Assembly (NCBI GenBank): GCA_963760885.1
Contig: CAVXEY010000008.1
Span: 255,022-319,021, forward strand
Direction: 5' to 3'
From: an uncultured delta proteobacterium
GTDB taxonomy: Bacteria; Desulfobacterota; Deferrimicrobia; Deferrimicrobiales; Deferrimicrobiaceae
Length of the DNA: 64,000 nucleotides
Shown: one piece after another, positions 30,901-41,300 of the stretch
Numbering within the stretch: the first letter of the stretch is position 1
How the letters are laid out: each line of letters opens with the position of its first letter
Notes under the pieces: generated by a model
Seen by the model: the letters and a program-made list of their open reading frames with translations, nothing else
Database searches by the model: none
Told to the model about the DNA's origin: nothing
Program-made: the position numbers and the translations under genes

Positions 30901-33900
30901 TGGCGAGGTGGCCGTACAGCTGCGCGTCGGCCTCCGTGGCGTTGATCTGCTGCAGAAGCACCTGGCTGTGGGTCCACGCCAGGTCGAAGACGCGATCGGC
31001 GAGCCGCCGATCCTGGTGCTTCTCGATGAGGCCCATGCAGACGTCCCGGGATTCCCCGACCCCGGTGACGATGTTGACGGTCGCCTCCTCGTCGGGGCCG
31101 AGCGTGATCCGGTGCCGGATCGCGACGATCGGATCGAGTACGGACCCCTGGCTGTCCGACAGGTCCGCGGTGCCGCGCAACGCCTGCGGATCCGCGACGG
31201 TGTTCCCCCGGCCCAGAAACCGCATGCGGTCGGTCTCGAAGGAAACTTCCCCGACGTCCCCCCCGCGTACCGACATCAGGTGAAACATCCACGGCGCCGG
31301 CTCGCCGGAGGAGCGGGGCCGGCGCGTGCAGAGGATCGCCTTCCGCTCGCGAACGATCTCGGTCTGGACGAAGAGGTTCCCGAACGCCGGGTGCAGCGCG
31401 TCCGCGGCGGGCGTTCCAAGGACCACTTCCGCGTAACTCGTGATCTCCACCGACCTGCGCGCCTGGGAGCGGTTGACGATCCGGACCCGGCGCACCTCGG
31501 CGTCGTCCTCGGGGGAAACGGCGATTTCCGTATGCGTTTCGAAATCGTGATCGCGGCGGCGGAACTCCACCCGCGCCTCCGAGAATATCGCCTCGTACTT
31601 CTCCGGTCGCTTGAGCGTCGGCTGGTGACGCGGTGGACCAGAACTCCCCGCTCGCGGCATCGCGGAGGTAGCAGAACGTCCCCCAGTTGTCGCAGGTGCC
31701 GTCCTCGCGCCAGCGCGTCACCGCGATGTCCTTCCAGCGGCTGTACCCGGCGCCCGAATTCGTGATCATCACGTGGTATCTGCCGTTCGACAGCAGCTGC
31801 ACCTCCGGTACGGGAGTGTCGGGGGTGCCGAACGAGCGCACCGGCATCTCGGGGACGCCGGAAGCCGTGGGGAGGCCGGAGAGCTCGGCGGCGAGGGTGT
31901 AGGACGCCGTGGCCTTCGGAACCCGTTCCTGAAGCAGGAGCGTGGTCGCCTGGAACAGCGGATCCGACTCGAACCGCTTCTGCATCGGACGGTCCAGGAG
32001 CAGGGAATCCAGGGAGAGGAGGCTCATGCCCTGGTGGTGCGCCATGAAGGACCGGACGACCACGCTCGTCTGCCCGCGTCGCTGTCGCGAGGGGGTGTAG
32101 TCGATGGCCTCGTAAAAGCCGTATTTACCGATCAACTCCTTGTCCTCGAGCAACTGCAGATTCCGGCACGCCTCCTCGGGGGCCACCATCAGCGCGAGAA
32201 CGGACGCATACGGCGCCACGACCAGATCCGACGCCAGCCCCCGCTTGAGCCCGAGGCCGGGCACCCCGAACGCCCGGTACTGATAGTTGAGGCGGACGTC
32301 GACCTGGTTGTATCCGGATTCCGACATGCCCCACGGCACGCCGCGCTTCTTCCCGTACTCGATCTGCCGCCTCACCGCCGCCTTGCAGGTACGGTCGATC
32401 AGCGTGTTCTCGTACGTCGGCATCACCAGGAGCGGCATGAGGTACTCGAACATCGAACCGCTCCACGAAAGGAGAATCGGTTCCCCCCCGGTGGCGGTGA
32501 GCAGGCGCCCCAGGGCGAACCACGACTCCTGCGGCAGTTGTCCCTGCGCGATCGCCACGAACGAGCACAGTCTCGCTTCCGAAGCCAGCAGATCGTAATA
32601 CCCGGAGTCCCGTCGGCGCTGGCTGACGTTGTAGCCGATCGCCAGGAGATGGCGCCCCTTGTCGTAGAGGAAGTCGTACTCCACGCGGGCGAGCTCCCCG
32701 CATTGCAGCGCGAGGCGGTCGATCTCGGAAATCCTTTCCCTCGCGCGCCGGTTCGCCTCCGGTACCAGCAGCCGGAGCTCGGTTGACCAATCGCTCTTCT
32801 CCTCGAGCGCCGCCAGCGCGCGCAAAGTCGGGATCCCGTCGAGGCCGGGGAAGTCGCCGATGAACGCCACGTCGTCGAATGCGGCACGGCATTGACGCTC
32901 GAGGGACCGCGCCCACCGGCTCGGCGCGCCGTCCTCGTCCCCCCGGAAACTCCCGGCGATCTCCCCGGCGCACCCCGTCAGCCGCTCGAGGCAGAGTTTC
33001 GCCGTCCCGGGCGTGGCGGGAGGGGAACCGAGCGAGGAATCCAGGATCTCCCGGAATTGCGCGAGCGGGGGAGGCGGGGGCCCGTCCACGGCATCCGCGA
33101 GAACCTGAAAGGTGTCGCGGATGCCCTCCAGCCATCGCTCCCCGAGGACGCCGTGACCCGGAAGCTCGAGCAGGCCCTGCCGCAACGTCAGCAGGTGGCC
33201 CGAGAGGTTCCCGCTGTCCACCGTCGAGACGTAGAGAGGGAGCAGCGGTTCCAGGGATTGCGTGTCGTACCAGTTGTAGAAATGGCCTCTGTGCCGCGCC
33301 AAGGTTTCCATCGTGCGCAGCGCATTCTCCGTGCGCTCGAGGAGTTGCCCCGACGGAATGTACCCGAAGTCGTAGGCGGCCAGGTTCGCGAGGAGCGCGA
33401 GCCCCATGTTGGTCGGCGACGTACGGTGGGCGATCGCGCCGATGCGGTATTCCTGGTAGTTGTCCGGCGGCAGCCAATGCTCTTCCGGACCGACGAACGT
33501 CTCGAAGAACGCCCAGGTCCTGCGCGAAAGCTTCCGGAGAAAGAGGATCTGGCTCGCCGAAAGGGCGGCCCTGCGGCGGGCGAGCGGGAGGCTGATCCAC
33601 CAGGCGACGGCGGGAGAGGCGAACCACAGGGCGAGGACGGGCCCGGCCGTCGCCAGCGCGGCCGGCCTCGAAACCACGAGGTCGATCGTCGCGGCGGCGG
33701 CGATCGCGGGGGCGATCCACATCGACCGGAAAAAAACCGCCGGACCCTCGCCGCGCCGGCGATCCGGGGTCCCCGACGGGCGCCATTCGAGAAGACGCCT
33801 GCGCGTGAACAGCATCCGCCCGGCCGTGCGCACGACCGCGTCCAGGCTGAAAAACGCCTCGTGCGGAAGGCACGCGAGCGTAAACCCCGCCTGGGCGAAG

Positions 33901-36518
33901 CGCCGTCCCGCGGAGCGCGCTTCGGCGGCGAGGTGCTGCGGCAGCAGCACGTCGGGGGGCTTCCGGAACATCTCGAGGCCGGAAGCCATCACCGAAGGAA
34001 GCAGGAGGATCCCGACTACCGACACGGTCCAATACCAGGCGGCGGGCAGGGAGGTCCAGCCCGCCAGCAGCAGGAGCGTCAACGCGGAAGGCTCGAGGCT
34101 GCGCCGAAGATTGTCGAAGACCTTCCATTGGGAGAGCCCGGAGAGCGGGTTCCTGCGGCGGGCGTCGCCGGGACCGGGAACGCGCGACAGCAGCCACCCG
34201 GCGATCTGCCAATCCCCGCGGATCCATCGGTGGCGGCGGCTTACGTCCGCGAGGTAACTGGACGGGTACTCCTCGTACAGGCTCGCATCGCTCAGCAGTC
34301 CCGCCCGCGCGTGGCACCCTTCCAGGAGATCGTGGCTGAGGATCCGGTTCTCGGGAAGCCGTCCCTTGAGGGCCTGGTCGAACGCGTCGACGTCGTAGAT
34401 CCCCTTTCCGATGAAGGAGCCTTCCCCGAACACGTCCTGGTACACGTCGGAGACGGCGCGCGTGTACGGGTCGATCCCCGGTTCGCTCCCGAACAATCGC
34501 GCGTACCGCGACCGGTTCGTGCCCGACAGGCTGTCGGCCACGCGCGGCTGCAGGATGCCGTGCCCCTCGGAGATCCGCTCCATCCGCCCGTCGTACCGCG
34601 CGCGGTTCAGCGGGTGCGCCATGGCTCCGACGAACTGGCGGGCCGAGTCCCGCGGCAGCTGCGTATCCGTGTCGAGGGGGATCACGAATTTGACGTTCGA
34701 CAGATCCGCGGTCCTGCCGACGACGACGGAAAAACGGTCCCGTGCGTCGCCGCGAAGAAACAGGTTCAGTTCCGCGAGCTTCCCCCGCTTGCGTTCGTAG
34801 CCCATCCAGGTCCGCTCCCGCGGGTTCCATCGCCGCGGGCGGTGGAAAAGGAAGAACGGATCGCTCTTCGCGCTCCCGTACTTGCCGTTCAGCTCCTCGA
34901 TCCCCTTCCGGGCCAGCCGCAACAGCTCGCCGTCTTCCGGGGCCGTTTCCTCGTCCGCATCCAGGAAGTCCGTCAGCAGGGCGAAGTGCAGGTTTTCATC
35001 CCGGTTCGCCAGGAACCGGACTTCCAGGGACTCGACCAGGGACTCGATGTTCCGGGGGCTCGCGAGCATCGCCGGAATCACCACCAGGGTGCGCGATTCC
35101 GGCGGAATGCCTTCGGAGAAGTCCATTCGCGGCAGCGGATGCGGCGCCACGAGCACCGTGGAGAGCCAGTTCACCAGCGCGACCGCCAGCCGGCTGGCGC
35201 ACAGCAGGGAGAGGGCGCCGAACAGGGCGAGCGGTCCCTCCCGCACCCCGCCGGCATGCGCCTTCGCCAGCAAGGCCCCGGAAAAAACGACCGTCAACAG
35301 CGTGATCGAGCCCAGATAGAGGTGCAGGGAAAACCGACCCGCCGTCCGCCGAAGGGTCTCGGGAAGGGGCAGCCGCGCCCCCGCCGCCCGCTCCAACCGC
35401 GGCAAACCCTTGTCGACCAGGTAAAACCCGACGTGCGCCGCGCGATCGTCCGGTCCGCTCCCGGCGGCGGCTTCACCGGCCAGCAGGATCGCCTCGCGCG
35501 CCACGTCGGCTTCGTGCAGACGGCTCCACTTCGCGATCTTCTCGACGACGTGGCGGTACCTGTCGCGGGTGGTGAAATCCATCCGGCCGTAGGTTCCTCC
35601 CGGGTCCTCGCGCAACGCCTGCTCGACGGCGCTCATCGTCTCGACGAATTCGCGCCAGTCCATCGCCCCCAGGAACCGGAGGCTGGCGATGCTGTTGCTG
35701 ACGGAAACCTGGTCGGCGGCCTTTTGCTGGTTCTCCGACCGGACCATCTCCTCGATCGTCAGGCCGGACTCCGAAAGCCGCTGTTCGATCCAGGTGAGGG
35801 GCAACGCCAGGGCGGTGCTCTGCCCCTGCAGCCGGCGGGCGAATTCCGCGACGAAGGAGCTCACCATCGGCGGATCCGACCGCGCCATGTCCGCGGTCAG
35901 CAATATCAGGCTCTTCGGGTCCTTTTCGGAGATCACCACCATCTGCTCCGCCCAGCGGGCGGCGAGATCCCGGTCGATGGAACCGGCGGCGACCCGCGCT
36001 CCGACGCGCCGGAGATTCTCGATCAGCGCCAGGCGCAGCATGATGGGGATGGCCCACAATTCCCCCAGCGTCAGGACGGTCACCTTCTGGTAGGACGCCA
36101 CGAAACCGGTGAGACTTTCCGGGTCCACCCGCCCATCGCCGTGCGAGATCGCCTCGTGCGCGATGTCGTACACGCGCGGGAGTCCGGCCGACGGCCCGTC
36201 CAGCAGGCGGGGCAGTTCCCGGCTGTACCCCTTCGGCAAGTGTCTCTTGGCCGTGCGGATCTGTTCCTCGATCAGGTAGAAGTTGTCGAGGAGCCATTCC
36301 CCGGCCGGGGCGATCCGGCGGTTCGCATCCACCGCCGAGGTCAACAGGCTGCAGGCTCCCGTCAGAACGCGTTCATTCTCCGCCAGCCGGTTCAGAAGCT
36401 TGTCCCGGGTTCCTTCCGGTCCCAGCCTGTGGGAGCCCGCGAGCGTCTCGCCGTGAATCTTCATCCGGTCGCTGCTGAACAGTTCCGAACGCAGCGGCGA
36501 CTCGTCGCCGGCGTACAT
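27959..36518 (-). pseudogene. ndvB: Cyclic beta-1,2-glucan synthase (NdvB/Cgs, ~2850 aa) interrupted by a single-base frameshift near 31628
   Basis: N-terminal SPLRSELFSSD...ETLAGSHRL and a GT-84 glycosyltransferase region. The C-terminal GH94-like phosphorylase domain (YEAIFSEARVEFRR, IAVSPEDDAEVRRV) lies in a second frame; the two ORFs overlap at 30129-31660. Removing one a at + strand ~31628 restores ...FWSTAHQPTLKRPEKYEAIF... Confidence 0.8.
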
Positions 36519-36803
36519 TTTCGCCGATCCTCTCCCGCGGATGCCGGCGCCCAAGAGGCGCATCTTCGCGAGGATGGTCTTTCCGCCTGCCTTCAAGCTC
36601 GATGTCTCCCGGGGTTATGAACGTTGTTCCCGCCGGCGATGACCAGGACCCCACGCGGCGAAGGCCCGCCTGCCCCTTCGCCGGTTCGAAACGGAATGCG
36701 GGGTTCTTTGCGACGGGTCCTTGTTCCCCTACATGGTGACAGGAACACGGCGTACCGTAAACGACATTCCCATGAAGCGATACGCGGTACCGGCGGGGAC
36801 GGC

Positions 36804-38684
36804 CTATTCGACCAGGCCGGAAGCGGTTTCCTTGTCCGGGTCGACGTTCTCCCCGGCCGGGCCCGGAGAGGGCTTCTGCCACCGGCTCAGGGTGATCGAC
36901 TGGATCGCGGCGGCGAGGCCGAAGGAGAAGATGCTCGACACCAGCGGCATGCCCCTGGTGCCCAGCAGGTCGGAGGTGGACTTTACCGCACCCACCGCGA
37001 TGACCAGGATGGCCACGTTGCGGATCTCCCGGTTGCGGGTGCGGAAGGCGTAGAGGCCAAGCCCCAGGGCGGCGAGGTTGATGACGACCGACTGGGTGCA
37101 CTGGAAGGCGTCCGGCCCTCCGGGCCCGGCGGGAAGGATGATCCACCAGGCGATCACGCGAAGGAGGAAGAAGGATCCGGTCAGGGCGGCCAGGAGGGTG
37201 ACGGCGCCGCTCAGATCCCGCGTGTCGTAGGCCCCGAAGAAGGGGGAGCGGGCGGGCGGGGCGTGGTGTCTGCACCATCGGTAATGGACCAGGGCGGCCG
37301 CGGCCAGCACGGCGCTGGGGACCGCTCCGGCCAGGGGCGACGCGGGGAGTCCGTCGGCAAGGAAAGAGAACGCCAGGGACACGACGGCGTAGACCTGGAG
37401 CAGGTAGGAGGTCGCCCGTACGGCGCCGCTCCCCCACCGATCGGAGAGGACGGCCACGCCAAGGGCCGCGGCTCCCAGAACGGGGGCGGCGGCCAGCACG
37501 CTGCCGAGGGCGGCGGGGAGTGCCAGCACCATGAGGGCGCTCCCGGCGACGACGAAGGAGTTGGTGCCGGGGGCTCCCTCGATTCTTCGCGTCGCGAGCC
37601 AGATGGCGGCCCCGAAATGGAGGAGGGCGAACGCGATCGCCACCAGGCTGAGCGCGAGGGCGCTTCCTGCGGTCTCTCCCACGACGACCCGGGCCGCCAG
37701 GTACGACCCGACGACGTTGATCGTGGGAAGGCAGAAATCGAAGACGGAGAGTTTCGCGCCGCGGCTCCGGACAATGCCCAGGAGGGCGATCGTCAGGAAG
37801 ACGACGCCGACGACGGCCAGGACCGGAAGGAACCACTCGGGGGCCAGGGTGCGCGCCGCGGTGATCCTGTGGGCGGCGACGGCCTCGAGCCGCATCCCCC
37901 AGAGAAGGAACATGGCCAGGGTGACGAGGAGCACGGTCCAGCGGAGCCAACCGCAACGCCTGAGGGACCCCGCGTAGTATCCCAGGAGGTTGGCCGTAAG
38001 GAGGACCATGAAGAGGTACGGGAAGAAAGGGTCGGGGTAGTCGATGGCCGCGCCGGCCAGGCACATCCCCAGGGTACCGACCGACACCGGGAGAAAAACC
38101 GAGAACCGGCGGCTGACGAACGCCATGCCGGCGCCGGTGGCCATCAGCGTCCAGTAGGCGGGAACGAGGGGGAGCGACCCGAACCGGCCGTGGGTCTCGA
38201 CGACGATGCTCGACATGAGGATCGCCCCGCAGGCGACGAACACCGGGGCCAGGGAGCTGCCCCGGCGATACTGGTACCAGCCGGCAACCATGAGGGCCGC
38301 GGCGTAGCCCATGCCGAGCCCCATGCCGGGGAGGGGGTTGACGATGCCGCTGTCCGTGATGGTCCGCAGGATCAGGGCGACCACCATCAGGAAGCAGAGC
38401 GTGGCCAGGCGGGGAAAGAGCGACGCCTGGCTCGCCCAGCGGATCGCCTCGTCGGAGAGGTTGTCGGACTCCCCTGCGGCGGGCTTGCCCGGCGGTTTCC
38501 CGGGGCGCGGGGGAACCGCCGGCGGGAGGATCGTCTCCGGGCGGGCCGTGGATGCGGCGGCCGATCGATCCCGGGCGGATGCCGGCCGTCGTCCCTCGAG
38601 ATCCGCGACCCGCCGGCTCAGGCTCTCGACATGCTCGTAAAGCCGGTCGACCTTCTCCTCGATCGTCAGCTTCTGATCGCGCAT
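36804..38684 (-). CDS. Large polytopic membrane protein (DUF2339-like): N-terminal cytoplasmic coiled region, then ~16 TM segments
   Basis: Hydrophobic periodicity throughout. N-terminal KLTIEEKVDRLYEHVESLSRRVADLE. Start chosen at the ATG with a GGAG RBS. Confidence 0.45.
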   Translation of the reverse strand: MRDQKLTIEEKVDRLYEHVESLSRRVADLEGRRPASARDRSAAASTARPETILPPAVPPRPGKPPGKPAAGESDNLSDEAIRWASQASLFPRLATLCFLMVVALILRTITDSGIVNPLPGMGLGMGYAAALMVAGWYQYRRGSSLAPVFVACGAILMSSIVVETHGRFGSLPLVPAYWTLMATGAGMAFVSRRFSVFLPVSVGTLGMCLAGAAIDYPDPFFPYLFMVLLTANLLGYYAGSLRRCGWLRWTVLLVTLAMFLLWGMRLEAVAAHRITAARTLAPEWFLPVLAVVGVVFLTIALLGIVRSRGAKLSVFDFCLPTINVVGSYLAARVVVGETAGSALALSLVAIAFALLHFGAAIWLATRRIEGAPGTNSFVVAGSALMVLALPAALGSVLAAAPVLGAAALGVAVLSDRWGSGAVRATSYLLQVYAVVSLAFSFLADGLPASPLAGAVPSAVLAAAALVHYRWCRHHAPPARSPFFGAYDTRDLSGAVTLLAALTGSFFLLRVIAWWIILPAGPGGPDAFQCTQSVVINLAALGLGLYAFRTRNREIRNVAILVIAVGAVKSTSDLLGTRGMPLVSSIFSFGLAAAIQSITLSRWQKPSPGPAGENVDPDKETASGLVE

Positions 38685-39044
38685 GCGTGAATCTCCGTGG
38701 CTCTGCCGCGGACGTCCGTGCGGACGGGGGGGAGAGCCCTCTTCCAAAACGCGGTTTTAATATATTACCAGTGACGATTGCCCGGATGGCAAGAAAATCT
38801 TTCGGCGGGAAGGACCGCGCCCCGGCCAAGGCAGGCTGGCGGCGTCGATTTCCGGTTCCGGACGGGAGGATGGGACCCGGACTTCGGTGAGCATAGGACA
38901 AATACCGGTGAGGGAATCAGACAGAAAGCGGCGCGCGGTTCGGACAGAAGCCGATACCGAAGACCGGCGGACGGGATTATGTTGGTTGCAATCCTCAAAG
39001 GCTTGCGCCTGCCGGGTGAAGGACGAGGGAAGCAGGAGGGAATG

Positions 39045-39365
39045 ATGGGAGCGGTAACGGTCTATCGATTGGATGACGGCAGGAATACCGGATATCGAAC
39101 CAGACACCCTATCGGGACCGTATTGGAGCTGCGGATATCCGAACGGGGGAACAACGACAGGGACCTGTTGCGGCTGGCACGGAAACTCTTCGCTTTGGAT
39201 CCGGCGGACGCCGCCCACGTCCTCATCGACGTGGGTCAAGGCCGGGATCCATACCTCGCGGGCGGACCCGGTCCGGCTTGGCGGGGTAGTTTCGGAGATA
39301 CCCCTTTTTCACGAATGGTTGATGCTCCTCCACGTATTCCTGGTCGTCAAGGTCCTGTAGACTGA
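39045..39365 (+). CDS. Small conserved hypothetical protein, paralog 1 (AVTVYRLDDG...RTRHPIG...DLLRLAR family), C-terminally extended relative to paralog 2
   Basis: RBS AGGAGGG lies 7 nt upstream. About 60% identical to the 40916-41161 product. The ~150-nt upstream leader is also duplicated. Confidence 0.5.
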   Translation: MGAVTVYRLDDGRNTGYRTRHPIGTVLELRISERGNNDRDLLRLARKLFALDPADAAHVLIDVGQGRDPYLAGGPGPAWRGSFGDTPFSRMVDAPPRIPGRQGPVD

Positions 39366-39404
39366 TTCTGCAGAGGAAGGCGGTTTCATCGGGATGGTGC
39401 GATC

Positions 39405-39695
39405 ATGACGGTAAATTGGTTGTTGAGAATCATGACGGGAAGCGCATTGTTTGCGTTGGCAACGGATTCGTTCGGAGCCGATGCCGCCGGGGTACTGGGG
39501 CCTGGCTCCACGGCCGGGTTGTTGATCCTGATCGGGTTGGGCCTGGTCGGGTTGGGGTTACGGGGTCGGAAGACGGACTTTCAAGAAAAACCTGTCGACG
39601 GTCGCTACCTGTCCTTGGGAATGAGGGAGGTGAATCTTCGCGGGACATCCCTGTTCCGGCGAACAAGGGGTAAGGAGGGCAAACGGAAAGGATGA
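39405..39695 (+). CDS. Small secreted/membrane mini-protein with signal peptide and a PEP-CTERM-like segment (GPGS + TM + RGRK)
   Basis: MTGSALFALATDSFGADAA signal-like segment, then LLILIGLGLVGLGLRGRK. Weak RBS. Confidence 0.3.
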   Translation: MTVNWLLRIMTGSALFALATDSFGADAAGVLGPGSTAGLLILIGLGLVGLGLRGRKTDFQEKPVDGRYLSLGMREVNLRGTSLFRRTRGKEGKRKG

Positions 39696-39773
39696 AGTAC
39701 CGGGATTCATCGGCCGATACGAGGGGAAGCGGCGGGCTTCCGCTTCCCGCAACCTGGAATCAAGGAGGTTCCC

Positions 39774-39887
39774 ATGTGCCAGACCTGTGGATGCAGTGCG
39801 TGCAAGACCTGCGGCAAGGAGATCAAGAACGGGGTATGCGTCGGCTGCAGCAAGCCCTCCGAAAAATGCACTTGCAAGAAGCCGTAG
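39774..39887 (+). CDS. 37-aa cysteine-rich peptide (9 Cys), metallothionein-like
   Basis: Translation is MCQTCGCSACKTCGKEIKNGVCVGCSKPSEKCTCKKP. Strong RBS AAGGAGG 6 nt upstream; a perfect terminator hairpin follows directly. Absent from the ORF track (shorter than 60 aa). Confidence 0.5.
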   Translation: MCQTCGCSACKTCGKEIKNGVCVGCSKPSEKCTCKKP

Positions 39888-39902
39888 AGGGGATTCCGTA
39901 AC

Positions 39903-39950
39903 GAGGAAAGGAGGGAATCCGGCCTGAGGCCGGATTCCCTCCGGTTTTTA
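39903..39950. terminator. Strong (likely bidirectional) intrinsic terminator between the Cys-peptide gene and sodA
   Basis: GGAGGGAATCCGGCC-tgag-GCCGGATTCCCTCC followed by GGTTTTT. Confidence 0.7.
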
Positions 39951-39983
39951 TCGCGGTGGATCCGAAGGCGGGGTTTACGCCGT

Positions 39984-40595
39984 TTACGCCTTGGCCTTCC
40001 CGAAGTTGTCCGCGACCTGCGCCCAATTGACGGTGTTCCACCACGCCTCGATGTATTCGGGACGCCGGTTCTGATACTTCAGGTAATAGGCGTGCTCCCA
40101 GACGTCGAGGCCGAAGATCGCCTTGCCGCCGTCGATGACGGGATTGTCCTGGTTCGCGGTCGACTCGACGACGAGTTTCCCGCCGCGGATCAGCAGCCAC
40201 GCCCAACCGGACCCGAATCGCGATGTCGCGGCCTGGGTAAACGTTTTCTTGAAATCCCCGAAGTTGCCGAATGTGCTCTTGATGGCGTCGGCCAGATCCC
40301 CCGACGGCTCGCCGCCGCCTCCCTTTTTCATGATCTTCCAGAACATGGAATGATTCATGTGGCCGCCGCCGTTGTTGCGCACGGCGGTACGAACGGCCTC
40401 CGGCACGTTGCCGATCCGTTCGAGCAGCTCCTCGACCGGAAGTTTTTGAAGCTCGGGGTGGCCTTCGAGAGCCTTGTTGAGATTGTTGACATACCCCCCA
40501 TGGTGCTTGTCGTGGTGAATCTCCATCGTCTTCGCGTCAACGTACGGTTCAAGTGCGTCGAAGGCGTATGGGAGCGGCGGCAAAATATGTGTCAT
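39984..40595 (-). CDS. sodA: Fe/Mn-family superoxide dismutase (Mn-type signatures)
   Basis: Carries [17 protein letters not shown], the ANQD Gln position, and DVWEHAYY. Confidence 0.9.
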   Translation of the reverse strand: MTHILPPLPYAFDALEPYVDAKTMEIHHDKHHGGYVNNLNKALEGHPELQKLPVEELLERIGNVPEAVRTAVRNNGGGHMNHSMFWKIMKKGGGGEPSGDLADAIKSTFGNFGDFKKTFTQAATSRFGSGWAWLLIRGGKLVVESTANQDNPVIDGGKAIFGLDVWEHAYYLKYQNRRPEYIEAWWNTVNWAQVADNFGKAKA

Positions 40596-40915
40596 CGGGC
40601 AAATCTCCTTTCCAGCCGGCTCGTGACCGGTATCATCTTTCCCTTAAGATGCATCGGGGACACGGGAACGTTTCCCCGCGCGATCTTCTTTATCCGGCGC
40701 AAGCCGTGGGTCCGTTCCGGAGCCCGCGAGCGCGCGCGGCGGCGAATGCGGTTCCCCGCGGCTATAGGACAAACACCGGTCCGGGAATCAGACAGACGGC
40801 GGATCGCGTATCGGACAAAAGCCGATACCGGGGGCTTGCGGGCGGGATTACGTTGTAGGTAATCCCTGAAGGCTTGCGCCTGCAAAGTGATGGACGAGGG
40901 AAGCGGGAGGAAACG

Positions 40916-41161
40916 ATGCGAGCGGTCACGGTTTATCGGTTGGATGACGGCGGCAATTTCAGTTTTCGCACCAGGCACCCCATCGGGTCCGTAATGGAAC
41001 TGCGAACACAGGATCGGGTGAACAACTCCAAGGACCTGTTGCGCATGGCACGACGACTCTTCGCGGTGGATACGACGGACACCGTGCGCATCGTCATCGA
41101 CGTGGGTCAGGGACGGCAGGCAACCCCGCAGGAGCGGACCCGGGACGGCTTGGCGGGGTAG
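40916..41161 (+). CDS. Small conserved hypothetical protein, paralog 2 (81 aa), heading the radical-SAM operon
   Basis: MRAVTVYRLDDGGNFSFRTRHPIGSVMELR...DLLRMARRLFAVD...VIDVGQGR. The leader matches the paralog 1 leader. Confidence 0.5.
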   Translation: MRAVTVYRLDDGGNFSFRTRHPIGSVMELRTQDRVNNSKDLLRMARRLFAVDTTDTVRIVIDVGQGRQATPQERTRDGLAG

Positions 41162-41300
41162 TTTCCGTGGATGTCGCCTCTTTGCGCATGCCTGTCGCCG
41201 GATTCCTAACACCGGAAATTTCACCACACAAGGGCGCGATGAGAGATAATGATCGACAGCGCATCCGGTCGTCGACTCTCCTCCCGACGAAAGGTCAGGC

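Noticed and set aside
36700-36800. Possible degenerate fourth copy of the MITE-like element (taccgtaaacgacattcc)
   Set aside because: Only a ~12-nt similarity to the TIR; no GA-rich internal blocks or second terminus found.
38893-39044. Possible cobalamin riboswitch in the duplicated leader (GGTGAGGGAATC and AGCCGATACCGAAGACCGGCGG resemble the B12-box region)
   Set aside because: The B12-box-like segment is not conserved in the second copy (AGCCGATACCGGGGGCTTGCGGGC). The other conserved riboswitch blocks (CCCGCAACTG etc.) are absent.
39774-39887. Cys-rich peptide as a SCIFF/ranthipeptide RiPP precursor (core CQTCGCSACKTCG resembles SCIFF CQTSCQSACKTSC)
   Set aside because: No leader peptide is possible (in-frame stop 26 codons upstream, no alternative start). 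The nearby radical SAM is B12-binding/DUF4070 rather than a SPASM-domain maturase, and sits on the far side of sodA.
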